DNA from: an uncultured Candidatus Entotheonella sp.
GTDB lineage: Bacteria > Tectomicrobia > Entotheonellia > Entotheonellales > Entotheonellaceae
DNA: 64,000 bases
Assembly: GCA_965215335.1 (NCBI GenBank)
Contig: CBDCDA010000001.1
Coordinates: forward strand, 1,440,001 to 1,504,000
Reading direction: 5' to 3'
Each line of letters starts with the position of its first letter. Position 1 is the stretch's first letter. Below, one piece after another: positions 29,232 to 38,492 of this stretch. The translations under genes were made by a program, and so were the position numbers. Below the pieces are notes generated by a model. It did not search any database. It worked only from the letters and a program-made list of their open reading frames with translations, and was not told where the DNA came from.

Positions 29232-29723
29232 ATGGTCGCACGCGAGATGTTCGCCGGTGAGTACGCATGCAAATTGGATGACAAGGGTCGCTTTTCCGTC
29301 CCGACGTCTCTCCGGGAGCCATTCAGTCTTTCGGAAGGCGACGATGCAAAACGGGCAATGCTGGTCAAATCTCAGCACGAACTGTGCCTTTGGCTTCTTC
29401 CCGTGCCGTACTGGCATGCCCTGCTTGAACTCCAACGGCAGCGACTGAGCGAGCGTGAGAGCCGGCTCTTCATGCACCACGTAGTGTACGACGTGGTCGA
29501 GGTCGAAATGGACCGCGCCAATCGTCTTCTGGTGCCTCGCAGGCTGCGAGAGCACATCGGCGCTGGTGACAACGTCGTGCTCGTCGGCATGTACGATCAC
29601 CTGGAAGTGTGGGGTAGTCAGGCATGGTTTTCTCACGTCGCCGCCTTGGAAGAGGAACATGAAATGACCTTGGGCGAGGTGCTCCGCATGCCCAGTCTCA
29701 AGCCAGCCTTCTCAGGTGCATGA
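29232..29723 (+). CDS. mraZ: MraZ-family transcriptional regulator
   Basis: MFAGEY..LDDKGR..VP and MDRANR..VP..LR (two DxxxR SpoVT/AbrB repeats), VLVGMYDHLEVW. Confidence 0.85.
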   Translation: MVAREMFAGEYACKLDDKGRFSVPTSLREPFSLSEGDDAKRAMLVKSQHELCLWLLPVPYWHALLELQRQRLSERESRLFMHHVVYDVVEVEMDRANRLLVPRRLREHIGAGDNVVLVGMYDHLEVWGSQAWFSHVAALEEEHEMTLGEVLRMPSLKPAFSGA

Positions 29724-29940
29724 CCCAGTGGAACGAGGTGCGTTGCTGCAACGATTCCAGACCCCGGAACAACCGCTATCAGGGCTTGGTGGCGAGTTCG
29801 ACAGAATTGAGAACGTCTTGAGGGGGTGCCTTGCATGAGAGCAATGTAAGTGCGAGGTGGAAAGCGCATCACGATGCACCTGCAAGCCTTTGACAATCAA
29901 GATTGAGCGAACATCAGGGTGCAGAAAAAGGAAGGCTCGC

Positions 29941-31116
29941 ATGCTTGACTTGGTGGAGGTGAACCAACAAATCACCAAGATGGCCACGGAGGGCCATCTC
30001 GTTGCCGAGGACATGGCCGAACGACTCGCCTTGGCCGTGGAACGTCTGCATCTGGAATCCTCCCGCTGGCAGGAATTCGTTGACAAGCTCTCGATGAGCA
30101 AGACCTCCTGGCTGGTCGCCACCATTCAGGAGCCCCTCAACCGTACGTACGGCTTGCCGCCACGTCCCGAGACGGTGACCGTCGTGGCCGCTGACGGTTC
30201 ACAGATCATGCCGAGCCATCACGAGGTAGTACCGGCTTTTTTGCTCAATGTCGCCACGGTCATCCTGAACTATGGCAACGGCAAGGGAGCAGCGTTCACC
30301 AGCACGCCGAGCCTGTTTTATCGCGACGAGGACCTGTACCTGGATTACGGCGGCGAGCGCGTGCAGGTAACCGGCGACCTGTTGAGCATGCGCCGGACGC
30401 TGATGGAGTTCGGCAGCCTCATCGAACAGGCGGCAGCCGCCCGGAACGGCGGCGACGCCGTTTGCGCGCTCAGCGACGGCAGTCTGATTCTCTGGCAACT
30501 CGAGGGGCGGCCGCCGGATTACCAGGAATCCATGCTGACGGATTATCTGGCATGTCTCGAACGAGGCAACCAGCAAGGCATTCCGGTCATTGGTTATGTC
30601 AGCCGGCCGCGCAGCCGCGACGTTGTAAACGCCTTGCGGGTCGGACTTTGCCCCGAAGATGCCCCGAATTACGATCGCTGCCCATACGAACGGGACGAGC
30701 GACCGCCGTGCGCGCAAATCGAGGGGCTGACGGACCGCCGCCTCTTCGCCAATCTCCTGAAGGCGGGCGAACGCTCCCAGGTCTTTGGCAGCGCCTCCCG
30801 AATCCTCGACAAGTACGGCGCGCACCGCATCGGCTTTTTCTATCTCCATGTGGGGTCGGAAATTGTACGTATCGAACTGCCGCAATGGGTCAGCACGAAC
30901 GCCGCGCTGCTTGATCTGGTCCACGCCGTCGCCTATGATCAGGCTCAGAAAGGCATGGGCTATCCGGTCGCCTTGGCCGAGGCGCACCAGCAGGCCGTGG
31001 TGCGGGGCGCCGAACGCGACCTGTTCTACGATATGGTGACCGCGGTGTTCCGGCAACGCGGTGCACACATGGCCGTTTCACCCAAGAACTTCCGCAAACG
31101 CAGAATGACGGTATAG
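29941..31116 (+). CDS. nurA: DNA double-strand break repair nuclease NurA
   Basis: AADGSQI, LSDGSLI, GYP.AL.EAH.QAVV motifs. Confidence 0.88.
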   Translation: MLDLVEVNQQITKMATEGHLVAEDMAERLALAVERLHLESSRWQEFVDKLSMSKTSWLVATIQEPLNRTYGLPPRPETVTVVAADGSQIMPSHHEVVPAFLLNVATVILNYGNGKGAAFTSTPSLFYRDEDLYLDYGGERVQVTGDLLSMRRTLMEFGSLIEQAAAARNGGDAVCALSDGSLILWQLEGRPPDYQESMLTDYLACLERGNQQGIPVIGYVSRPRSRDVVNALRVGLCPEDAPNYDRCPYERDERPPCAQIEGLTDRRLFANLLKAGERSQVFGSASRILDKYGAHRIGFFYLHVGSEIVRIELPQWVSTNAALLDLVHAVAYDQAQKGMGYPVALAEAHQQAVVRGAERDLFYDMVTAVFRQRGAHMAVSPKNFRKRRMTV

Positions 31117-31118
31117 CC

Positions 31119-31694
31119 ATGCAAGACGACGAAATTGGTGAAGTGATCGGCAGCAGCAACACCGAATTCATTGCCGAAAGCGTCTTGCTGCACAATTCTC
31201 CGCCCTTTGGCACCTTCATCAAGGTGCAATCGCGCGAGACGATCTACGCTGCCGTGTTCAACGCCTACACCCACAGCCTGGAACCCAACCGCCTGGCCAT
31301 CGCCTACCACCGCTCGGAGCAGGAACTGCGCGACGAGCAACCACAAATCTTCGAGCTCCTGAAGACAAAATTCGAGGCGGTCATTATCGGGTACGAATCC
31401 GAAGGCGCTGTCCGCTATCATCTGCCGCCACAACCGCCCCGCATTCACAGTTTCGTCTATCCATGCCGCCCCCTGGAAGTCCGCCGCCTGACCTCGCAAT
31501 TCCACTTCCTGCGTTCGCTGATGAACGTCGAGAAAGCCCCGCGGGACGAGTTGATCGCCGCCATCATCCGTACCGCCTACGCGGAGCACAAAGGCGAGCG
31601 GTCGTTCCTGATAAAGGCCGGCAAGGAACTGATCAAGATCATCGGCGACGATTACGAGTTGCTTTCCTCTATCCTACGCAGAATCCAGGATTGA
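31119..31694 (+). CDS. Standalone HAS-barrel-like protein associated with HerA/NurA
   Basis: IGEVI..S..EF.AE, PPFG.FI, LPPQPPRIH motifs resembling HerA N-terminal barrels; tightly coupled between nurA and herA. Confidence 0.7.
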   Translation: MQDDEIGEVIGSSNTEFIAESVLLHNSPPFGTFIKVQSRETIYAAVFNAYTHSLEPNRLAIAYHRSEQELRDEQPQIFELLKTKFEAVIIGYESEGAVRYHLPPQPPRIHSFVYPCRPLEVRRLTSQFHFLRSLMNVEKAPRDELIAAIIRTAYAEHKGERSFLIKAGKELIKIIGDDYELLSSILRRIQD

Positions 31695-31716
31695 CCACTG
31701 GGTTAAAGGCCAACAA

Positions 31717-33375
31717 ATGGACAACATGCAGAAGGGCAGACGGCGCGTCGGCGTGATCGTCAATGGCTCCCTGATCAACGGTTTGGAGATGAAGCTGGAC
31801 GAATGGTACTCCGTCGAGGACATTCGCGCCGGCCGGTTCGTGGTCATCGAAGGCGAGAAAAGCCGCTTCTTTTGCATGGTCACCGACGTTCGTCTCGATA
31901 CCACCAACCCCCAGGTGCTGGCCGATCCTCCAGACGAGGCGGAGGACCTCATGCGCCAGGTGCTGCATGGCACCACGACCTACGGCACCGTCTGCCTGCG
32001 CCCCCTCTTGATGACGGAGAAGGACGACGTTGCCGGCGACAAACCGGGAGAGCCCCACCTCGTCAAAACCATTCCCATTCACTTTTCCGTGGTCGGCGAG
32101 GCCGAGGAGGAAGACGTCAACCGCATTTTCGGACACGAAGGCAACCCCCGCTACTTTCACATCGGCCAACCGCTGGACATGGACACACCGGTCTGCATCG
32201 ACCTGGAAAGCTTTATCGAGCGCAGCAACGGGATTTTCGGCAAGACGGGCACCGGCAAGACCTTCCTGACCCGCCTGATGCTGGCGGGCCTGATTCACAA
32301 AGACCGCGCGGTCAACCTCATCTTCGACATGCACAGCGAATACGGCTGGCAGGCGACGCAGGAGTCCGGCAACGGCGGGCGGTTGGGATTCGTCAAGGGC
32401 CTGAAACAACTCTTCGGCAGCAAGGTAGCTATCTTCACCATCGATCCCGAGTCGGCCCGGCGGCGTGGCGTGCAGAGCGATTTCGCCGTCAGAATCCCCT
32501 ACAACCAGATCACCGTGGAAGACATCGCCTCCCTGTCGGACGAACTCAATCTGCACTCGACTGCGGTGGAATCGGCGTATTTGATCTGGAACAAACACGG
32601 GCGCGAGTGGCTGTCCATCCTGCTTAGCCAGGAACCTGAGCAGGTCAAGGACTTTGCCGACGAAGTCGGAGCCCACCCGGAATCCATCTCGGCCCTTCAC
32701 CGTAAGCTCAAGCGCCTGGAAAAGTTCGACTTTCTGCAAAAGCAGATACACGAGGACGCCGTCTACAAAATCATGGAATTCCTCGGCAAAGGCATGCATA
32801 TCGTCCTGGAATTCGGCCAGCAAAGCAGCTTCTTGTGCTACATGCTCGTCGCCAACATCCTGACCCGCCGCATCCACGACCTCTACGTCAGGAAGACCGA
32901 GCAATACCTCGCCACCCACCGGCCCCAAGACAAGCCGAAGCAGCTCATCATCACCATCGAAGAGGCGCACAAGTTCCTCAACCCGGCTGCCGCCCGGCAG
33001 ACCATCTTCGGCACCATCGCACGCGAAATGCGCAAGTATTTCGTCTCCCTGCTCATCGTCGATCAGCGGCCTTCCAGCATCGACGATGAAATCCTGTCGC
33101 AGGTGGGCACCCGCATCACCGCGCTGTTGAATGACGAAAAGGACATTGGCGCCGTGCTGACCGGCGTCAGCAACGCGAGCTGGCTGCGCGGCGTCCTGGC
33201 AAGCCTGGATTCCAAGCAGCAGGCCCTGCTCATGGGGCACGCCGTGCCGATGCCGGTCGTCATCCGCACGCGAGACTACAATCCCGCCTTATACAGCGCG
33301 CTGGGGTACGTGGAAGGCGAGGACCTGACCCGCAAGGCCGAGTCCAACATCGCGGATCTGTTCGGCGACCGGTAG
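31717..33375 (+). CDS. herA: HerA-family ATPase/translocase
   Basis: N-terminal barrel, FGKTGTGKT, FDMHSEY, IEEAH, REMRKY, DQRPS. Confidence 0.88.
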   Translation: MDNMQKGRRRVGVIVNGSLINGLEMKLDEWYSVEDIRAGRFVVIEGEKSRFFCMVTDVRLDTTNPQVLADPPDEAEDLMRQVLHGTTTYGTVCLRPLLMTEKDDVAGDKPGEPHLVKTIPIHFSVVGEAEEEDVNRIFGHEGNPRYFHIGQPLDMDTPVCIDLESFIERSNGIFGKTGTGKTFLTRLMLAGLIHKDRAVNLIFDMHSEYGWQATQESGNGGRLGFVKGLKQLFGSKVAIFTIDPESARRRGVQSDFAVRIPYNQITVEDIASLSDELNLHSTAVESAYLIWNKHGREWLSILLSQEPEQVKDFADEVGAHPESISALHRKLKRLEKFDFLQKQIHEDAVYKIMEFLGKGMHIVLEFGQQSSFLCYMLVANILTRRIHDLYVRKTEQYLATHRPQDKPKQLIITIEEAHKFLNPAAARQTIFGTIAREMRKYFVSLLIVDQRPSSIDDEILSQVGTRITALLNDEKDIGAVLTGVSNASWLRGVLASLDSKQQALLMGHAVPMPVVIRTRDYNPALYSALGYVEGEDLTRKAESNIADLFGDR

Positions 33376-33404
33376 CACCACGCCGGAGAGGATGGCGTTT
33401 CGAC

Positions 33405-34637
33405 ATGCTCCACCTGCTACACCTCGCCGACATCCATTTTGGCATGGAGAACCACGGTCGCCTCGACCCCGCCAGCGGGCTGAACCGCCGCCTGCTCGAC
33501 TTCACTGGCTCGGTGCAGACGGCCATCGATTACGCCCTCGACCACGACGTTCATCTCGCCATTTTCGCCGGCGACATTTATAAGCACCGCGACCCCGATC
33601 CCTCCTGGCAGCGCGCCTTCGCCGGGTGTGTGCGGCGCCTGGCCGAGGCCGAAGTTCCCGTGGTGATCCTGGTGGGTAATCACGATCAGCCGAATACCCT
33701 CGGCAAAGCCCACGCCGTGGAAATCTTCGATACCCTGGGGCTGCCCCGCGTGACGGTCATCGGCAAGCCGGAGCTGCACACGATCGCGACAGCCACTGGA
33801 CCCGTCCAGGTTGCCGGCTTCCCCTACATGACGCGCAGCTTCATGCTGTCACGCGACCAGTACAAAGCGCTGTCGATCACGGATGCCCACCGGTTGATGG
33901 TCAAACAGGCCGAAGAAATCCTGCGTTCCCTGGCGGCGCAACTCGACCCCTCGCTGCCGGCCGTGCTCACCCTCCACGGCAGCGTCTCCAAGGCCATTCT
34001 CGGTTCCGAACAGAGCATCATGATGGTGGGACACGATCCGGTGATCCCGCTCAGCACCCTGACCAGCCCCGCCTGGGATTACGTGGCCTTGGGACATATT
34101 CATCGTCACCAGGACCTGCACGACGGAGCGCAACCGCCGGTGGTGTATGCGGGCAGCATCGAGCGCATCGACTTTGGCGAGGAACACGAAGACAAGGGTT
34201 TCGTGTGGGCGCAGATCGAAAAGGGACATACGACTTTCACCTTCATACCCGTACCGGCGCGGCGCTTCGTCACCCTGCGCCTTGACGCGCGAAACGGCGA
34301 CCCGCTTCAACTGCTGGAGAAGGAACTGACCGTACACGACATCGACGACGCCATCGTACGGGTCGTTGTCATCATGCCCGCCGACCACACCGCCCCCCTC
34401 GACGAGCGCCGGATGCGCGAACGCCTCCGCTCCGCCTATCTCGTCGCCGGCATCGTCAGGGATGAAGTGCGCGGTCCGGCGCGCACGCGCGATTCCGGCT
34501 TGACCGAAACCCTGGCGCCGCTGCAGGCCGTGGAGCGCTACCTGCAAAGCCGCCCGGAATACGCCGACCGCCAGCAGGCCCTTCTGGAGCGCACGCAACG
34601 ATTGCTCCGGGAAATGCAGGAGGAACTCCTGGCATGA
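33405..34637 (+). CDS. sbcD: Mre11/SbcD nuclease
   Basis: ADIH, AGD, GNHD, LH, LGHIH phosphoesterase motifs; YAGSIERIDFGE. Confidence 0.93.
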   Translation: MLHLLHLADIHFGMENHGRLDPASGLNRRLLDFTGSVQTAIDYALDHDVHLAIFAGDIYKHRDPDPSWQRAFAGCVRRLAEAEVPVVILVGNHDQPNTLGKAHAVEIFDTLGLPRVTVIGKPELHTIATATGPVQVAGFPYMTRSFMLSRDQYKALSITDAHRLMVKQAEEILRSLAAQLDPSLPAVLTLHGSVSKAILGSEQSIMMVGHDPVIPLSTLTSPAWDYVALGHIHRHQDLHDGAQPPVVYAGSIERIDFGEEHEDKGFVWAQIEKGHTTFTFIPVPARRFVTLRLDARNGDPLQLLEKELTVHDIDDAIVRVVVIMPADHTAPLDERRMRERLRSAYLVAGIVRDEVRGPARTRDSGLTETLAPLQAVERYLQSRPEYADRQQALLERTQRLLREMQEELLA

Positions 34638-37600
34638 TTCCGCTCAGCCTGCGACTGCGGAATTTCATGAGCTATGGCGAGCACGTGCCACCTCTCGATT
34701 TCACCCCCATCACCACCGCCTGCCTCACGGGCGACAACGGCCACGGCAAATCGGCCCTGCTGGACGCCATCACCTGGGCGCTCTGGGGCCAGACGCGCGC
34801 CAAAAGCCTGGATGACATCGTGCGCCTCGGCCAGGATGAATGCGAGGTCGAGTTCGTCTTCGACCTCGAGGGCGACCGCTACCGCGTGCTGCGCAAGCGC
34901 AGCCTGCGGACCCGCAGCGGCCTTTCGGCCCTCGAACTGCACGGCTTTGACCCGGCGACCCGGAGCTACCGCGCCCTGAGCGGCAACTCCATCCGCGAGA
35001 CCGAGGCCAAAATCGCCCAGATCCTGCACATGAACTACGACACGTTCGTCAACTCGGTGTTCATCCTGCAAGGCCGGGCCGACGAATTCACCACTCGGCG
35101 CCCGGGCGAACGCAAACGCATCCTGTCGGAAATACTGGGTTTGTCCGTCTTCGATGAACTCCAGAGCCGCGCCAGAATTCACCACGGCAGTCTGGACCAG
35201 GAAGCCAAAAGCATTGCCGAGCGGCTACACGAGTTGCAACAACAGGTCTCGCGCAAGGCCGAACTCGCCGCCGCCGCAGATGCCCACCGGGAAATGCTGA
35301 CCAGTTTGCAGGCCGAATTACAGAAAGCCCAGGAAAACCTGACGCGCTTGCAGCAACGCCAGAACGCTCTTGAACTGCAACAGCAGCGACTCCAGGACGT
35401 ATCCCGGCGCTTGCAGCAACTCCGGCAGGAACAGCATGATCTGGCACCGCAATTGCTTCTTCACCGGCAGCACCTCGCGGCCTATGAAGCCTTGTTGCAA
35501 CAGGAACAGGCCATCGCCGCCGCTTATCAGACGCTGCAACAACTCCGCGACCAGGAGAGGACATATGGCCAGCAGGCGGACGAATACGCAGCGCTGAACG
35601 AAGAGCGCACCAACCTGCAACACGCCGTCGCGTCGGCCCGCCAACGCCTCGACATCCAACTGCAGAACACCGAGCAGCGGGGTGCGGAAATCGACGCCAA
35701 ACGCCAGGCGTGCAAGGCCCTCGTGCAGGAGGAGCCGCGCATCGTTCAGACATACGAGGCATCGCAAGCGGCACGTCGACACGATGCGGAAATGGCTCAG
35801 ACGCTCCAACAGCGATACGTCCGGGAGCAGGAGAAGAGCCGGGTCGAATTGAACGTCCAGCAGAAACGGCACGCCCTGGAGTTGGAACAACGCTCCCTCC
35901 TGGACCGACAGAAAGAAGACCGGCGGAAGGAAGCCACGCTGCCGACCTGGCAGGTGCAGACGGAGCGGCTGCACCTGCAACTGGCCGATATCGAACAGCA
36001 GACGCTGCGCCTTGATCAGGTACGATCGACCGCTACGACGCTGACATTTCAACTCGACCATGCCCTGCCACAGCAGCACGACGCGCTGCGCACGGAAATC
36101 AGGGACCACGAGGGCAAACGTCTGCTGCTCGAAAGCGCCGGGGCGCATTGCCCGCTGTGCGAAAACGCCCTTACCGACCAGGAACGGCACCGCGTGATGA
36201 GGAAGTTGCAATTGGAAATCGAGCAGCGCGAGCAGCGTATTCGCGATATGCAGGGCGAGCGCCTGCAACTGCAGGCGCAGCAACAGGAACTACGCCTGAC
36301 GTCCACACAGTTGGAAGAGCAGATCGAACAGGGCAAGACGCTCACACAGCAGCTTGCCGCCGCGCAGGCCAACCTCGAGAAGGCCACACGCGCCCGCGAC
36401 CATTGCGCCGCGGTTTTGCAATCGTTGCAGGACATTGACGCCAGGCTCGCGTCGGGCGCCTACGCCCGCGAGGACTTGGCAAAGCTGGAACGGCTGAACC
36501 TCGAACTCGAACAACTGGCCTATGACCCGGAGGCCCACGAGGCATGGCGCAAAAAGCTGGCCCGTCTCGCCGAGGCCGAGACCCGGCACCTGCACTTGCA
36601 GCAGGCAAAAGCCGACCTGCTGACCTTGAACGACCAACGTCAGGAGCTGGACAGGCAACAGGCCACGCTGCGAGACGCCTTGACCGCAAACCGGTTCGCC
36701 CTCGCCGAACAGCAGGAACTCCAGGAAGTAGTCGCACGCCTTGAGGGTCTGGATTATCAGCCCGCACAGCACACCCTTCTACGCCGTAAGCTGCATGACC
36801 AGCAGGAGGTCGAACGCCAGTACGCGCAACTCGAAACCGCCCGCCAACACCTGAGCAAGACGCGCGCCGCCCTCCAGGGCCTCGAAGCCACGCGGGCACG
36901 CACCGAATCGGAAATCAGGGCACTGGAAGAAGACCGGCGGCGGTTCGAGCAAGAGGCGCAGTCCCTCGACGTAGTGCGCGCCGACGCCGCTACCACCGAG
37001 GACCTTGTGCGCACGCTACAGGAGAGGGGAGGGGAGACCCGCCTCGCCCTCGGCCGCAGCCAGTCGCAATATGAGGCGTGCCTGCAGCGGGAGGCCGAGT
37101 CAAAGGCACAACAGCAGCAACGCCAGCGCGTGGTGGCTGAACGGAAACTCTACGAAGACCTCGCCCGCATGTTCGGGAAGAACGGTATCCAGGCCATCAT
37201 GATCGAAAACGCCATACCCGAGCTGGAAGAAGAGGCCAATCGCATCCTCTCCCGGGTCAGCGACAACGCCATGCACGTAACGCTCGAGACGCAGCGCGAC
37301 ACCCGCGCCGGCGGTGTCGCCGAAACACTCGACATCAAAATCAGCGATGATCTGGGCACGCGCCATTACGAGCTGTTTTCCGGCGGCGAGGCGTTTCGCA
37401 TCAATTTTGCCCTGCGCATTGCGCTGTCCCGCATGCTGGCCCGGCGTGCCGGCGCCCGCCTCCGCACCCTGGTGATTGACGAGGGCTTTGGCACCCAGGA
37501 CAACCAGGGCCTCGAACGCCTGGTCGACGTCATCAAGGCCATCCGGGACGACTTCGCCAAAATCATCATCATTACCCATCTGCGCGAATTGAAGAACGCC

Positions 37601-37663
37601 TTCGAGACGCATATCGAGGTCACCAAGGACCCCGTGCTCGGCTCATCCTTCGAGGTGGTTTGA
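34634..37663 (+). CDS. sbcC: Rad50/SbcC SMC-like ATPase
   Basis: GDNGHGKS, central zinc hook CPLC, FSGGE signature, IDEG, ITH; ATGA overlap with sbcD. Confidence 0.93.
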   Translation: MIPLSLRLRNFMSYGEHVPPLDFTPITTACLTGDNGHGKSALLDAITWALWGQTRAKSLDDIVRLGQDECEVEFVFDLEGDRYRVLRKRSLRTRSGLSALELHGFDPATRSYRALSGNSIRETEAKIAQILHMNYDTFVNSVFILQGRADEFTTRRPGERKRILSEILGLSVFDELQSRARIHHGSLDQEAKSIAERLHELQQQVSRKAELAAAADAHREMLTSLQAELQKAQENLTRLQQRQNALELQQQRLQDVSRRLQQLRQEQHDLAPQLLLHRQHLAAYEALLQQEQAIAAAYQTLQQLRDQERTYGQQADEYAALNEERTNLQHAVASARQRLDIQLQNTEQRGAEIDAKRQACKALVQEEPRIVQTYEASQAARRHDAEMAQTLQQRYVREQEKSRVELNVQQKRHALELEQRSLLDRQKEDRRKEATLPTWQVQTERLHLQLADIEQQTLRLDQVRSTATTLTFQLDHALPQQHDALRTEIRDHEGKRLLLESAGAHCPLCENALTDQERHRVMRKLQLEIEQREQRIRDMQGERLQLQAQQQELRLTSTQLEEQIEQGKTLTQQLAAAQANLEKATRARDHCAAVLQSLQDIDARLASGAYAREDLAKLERLNLELEQLAYDPEAHEAWRKKLARLAEAETRHLHLQQAKADLLTLNDQRQELDRQQATLRDALTANRFALAEQQELQEVVARLEGLDYQPAQHTLLRRKLHDQQEVERQYAQLETARQHLSKTRAALQGLEATRARTESEIRALEEDRRRFEQEAQSLDVVRADAATTEDLVRTLQERGGETRLALGRSQSQYEACLQREAESKAQQQQRQRVVAERKLYEDLARMFGKNGIQAIMIENAIPELEEEANRILSRVSDNAMHVTLETQRDTRAGGVAETLDIKISDDLGTRHYELFSGGEAFRINFALRIALSRMLARRAGARLRTLVIDEGFGTQDNQGLERLVDVIKAIRDDFAKIIIITHLRELKNAFETHIEVTKDPVLGSSFEVV

Positions 37664-37722
37664 ACAACCCACGTTACGGGCTCTCTTTCGCTGACTCTCT
37701 TGAAACAGGAACGCGATTCCCC

Positions 37723-38484
37723 ATGGTTAACGGCAAAGTCTATCTCGTCGGCGCCGGGCCTGGCGCCGCAGACCTGCTGACCGTACGTGCCGTCAACGTA
37801 CTGGCGCGAGCCGAGATCGTCTTTCACGACGCGCTGATCAACGCGGATACGCTGGCGCATTGTGCCGCAGGCTGCGCCTTGGTGTCGGTCGGCACACGTG
37901 GCGGATTTCGTGTCCCCAACCGGCAAGAACGCATCCACGAACGACTGGCCGAGGCAGCTGGACGGTACGGCACGATCGTCCGACTCAAGGGCGGCGACCC
38001 ATGCGTTTTCGGCCGCGGAGGCGAGGAGATGGCGTTTCTCACCGCGCGCGGCATACCGTGGGAGGTCGTCCCCGGCATCAGCGCCGGCATTGGCGGGCTC
38101 TCGCTGCTCGGCTTTCCCGTGACGCACCGGGACGCCTCGTCCTCGGTGACGCTGCTGACCGGCAGCCACACGACCACCGGCACGTTTGACGAGTTGCCGT
38201 TGTCGGTGCCCCTCACGCCCTCCCAGACCCTGGTGTTCTACATGTCGTTCCAGCACATCGCCAACATCGCGCATACCCTGATGACGCGCGGCATGCCGCC
38301 GGAGACACCGGCCCTGTGCGCTTCCTGGCTGTCGTATCCGCATCAGACACTGCTCACGGCGCCGCTGTCGCAGATCGGCGATGCGGTCGTCGCTTCCACT
38401 CTGACGCCACCATCCTTGCTGGTCGTCGGCGCCGTCGTGGCGTTCTGGCAACGCCTGCAGGCTGGCCAAGACCAAGACGTGTGA
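37723..38484 (+). CDS. cobA: Uroporphyrinogen-III C-methyltransferase
   Basis: VYLVGAGPG..DLLT, VRLKGGDP.VFGRGGEE, VPGIS, P.THR. Confidence 0.9.
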   Translation: MVNGKVYLVGAGPGAADLLTVRAVNVLARAEIVFHDALINADTLAHCAAGCALVSVGTRGGFRVPNRQERIHERLAEAAGRYGTIVRLKGGDPCVFGRGGEEMAFLTARGIPWEVVPGISAGIGGLSLLGFPVTHRDASSSVTLLTGSHTTTGTFDELPLSVPLTPSQTLVFYMSFQHIANIAHTLMTRGMPPETPALCASWLSYPHQTLLTAPLSQIGDAVVASTLTPPSLLVVGAVVAFWQRLQAGQDQDV

Positions 38485-38492
38485 GCGATGTC

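Noticed and set aside
29721..29760. mraZ TGA followed by CGTTGCTGCAACGAT, resembling the grdB SECIS stem
   Set aside because: The loop lacks the GG, the MraZ domain is already complete, and the read-through peptide shows no redox motif; more likely a chance or terminator-like hairpin
31717..33375. HerA as part of an anti-phage system (Sir2-HerA or HerA-DUF4297 type)
   Set aside because: Neighbours are nurA, sbcD, sbcC and recA with host-like composition, which fits housekeeping repair rather than a defence island
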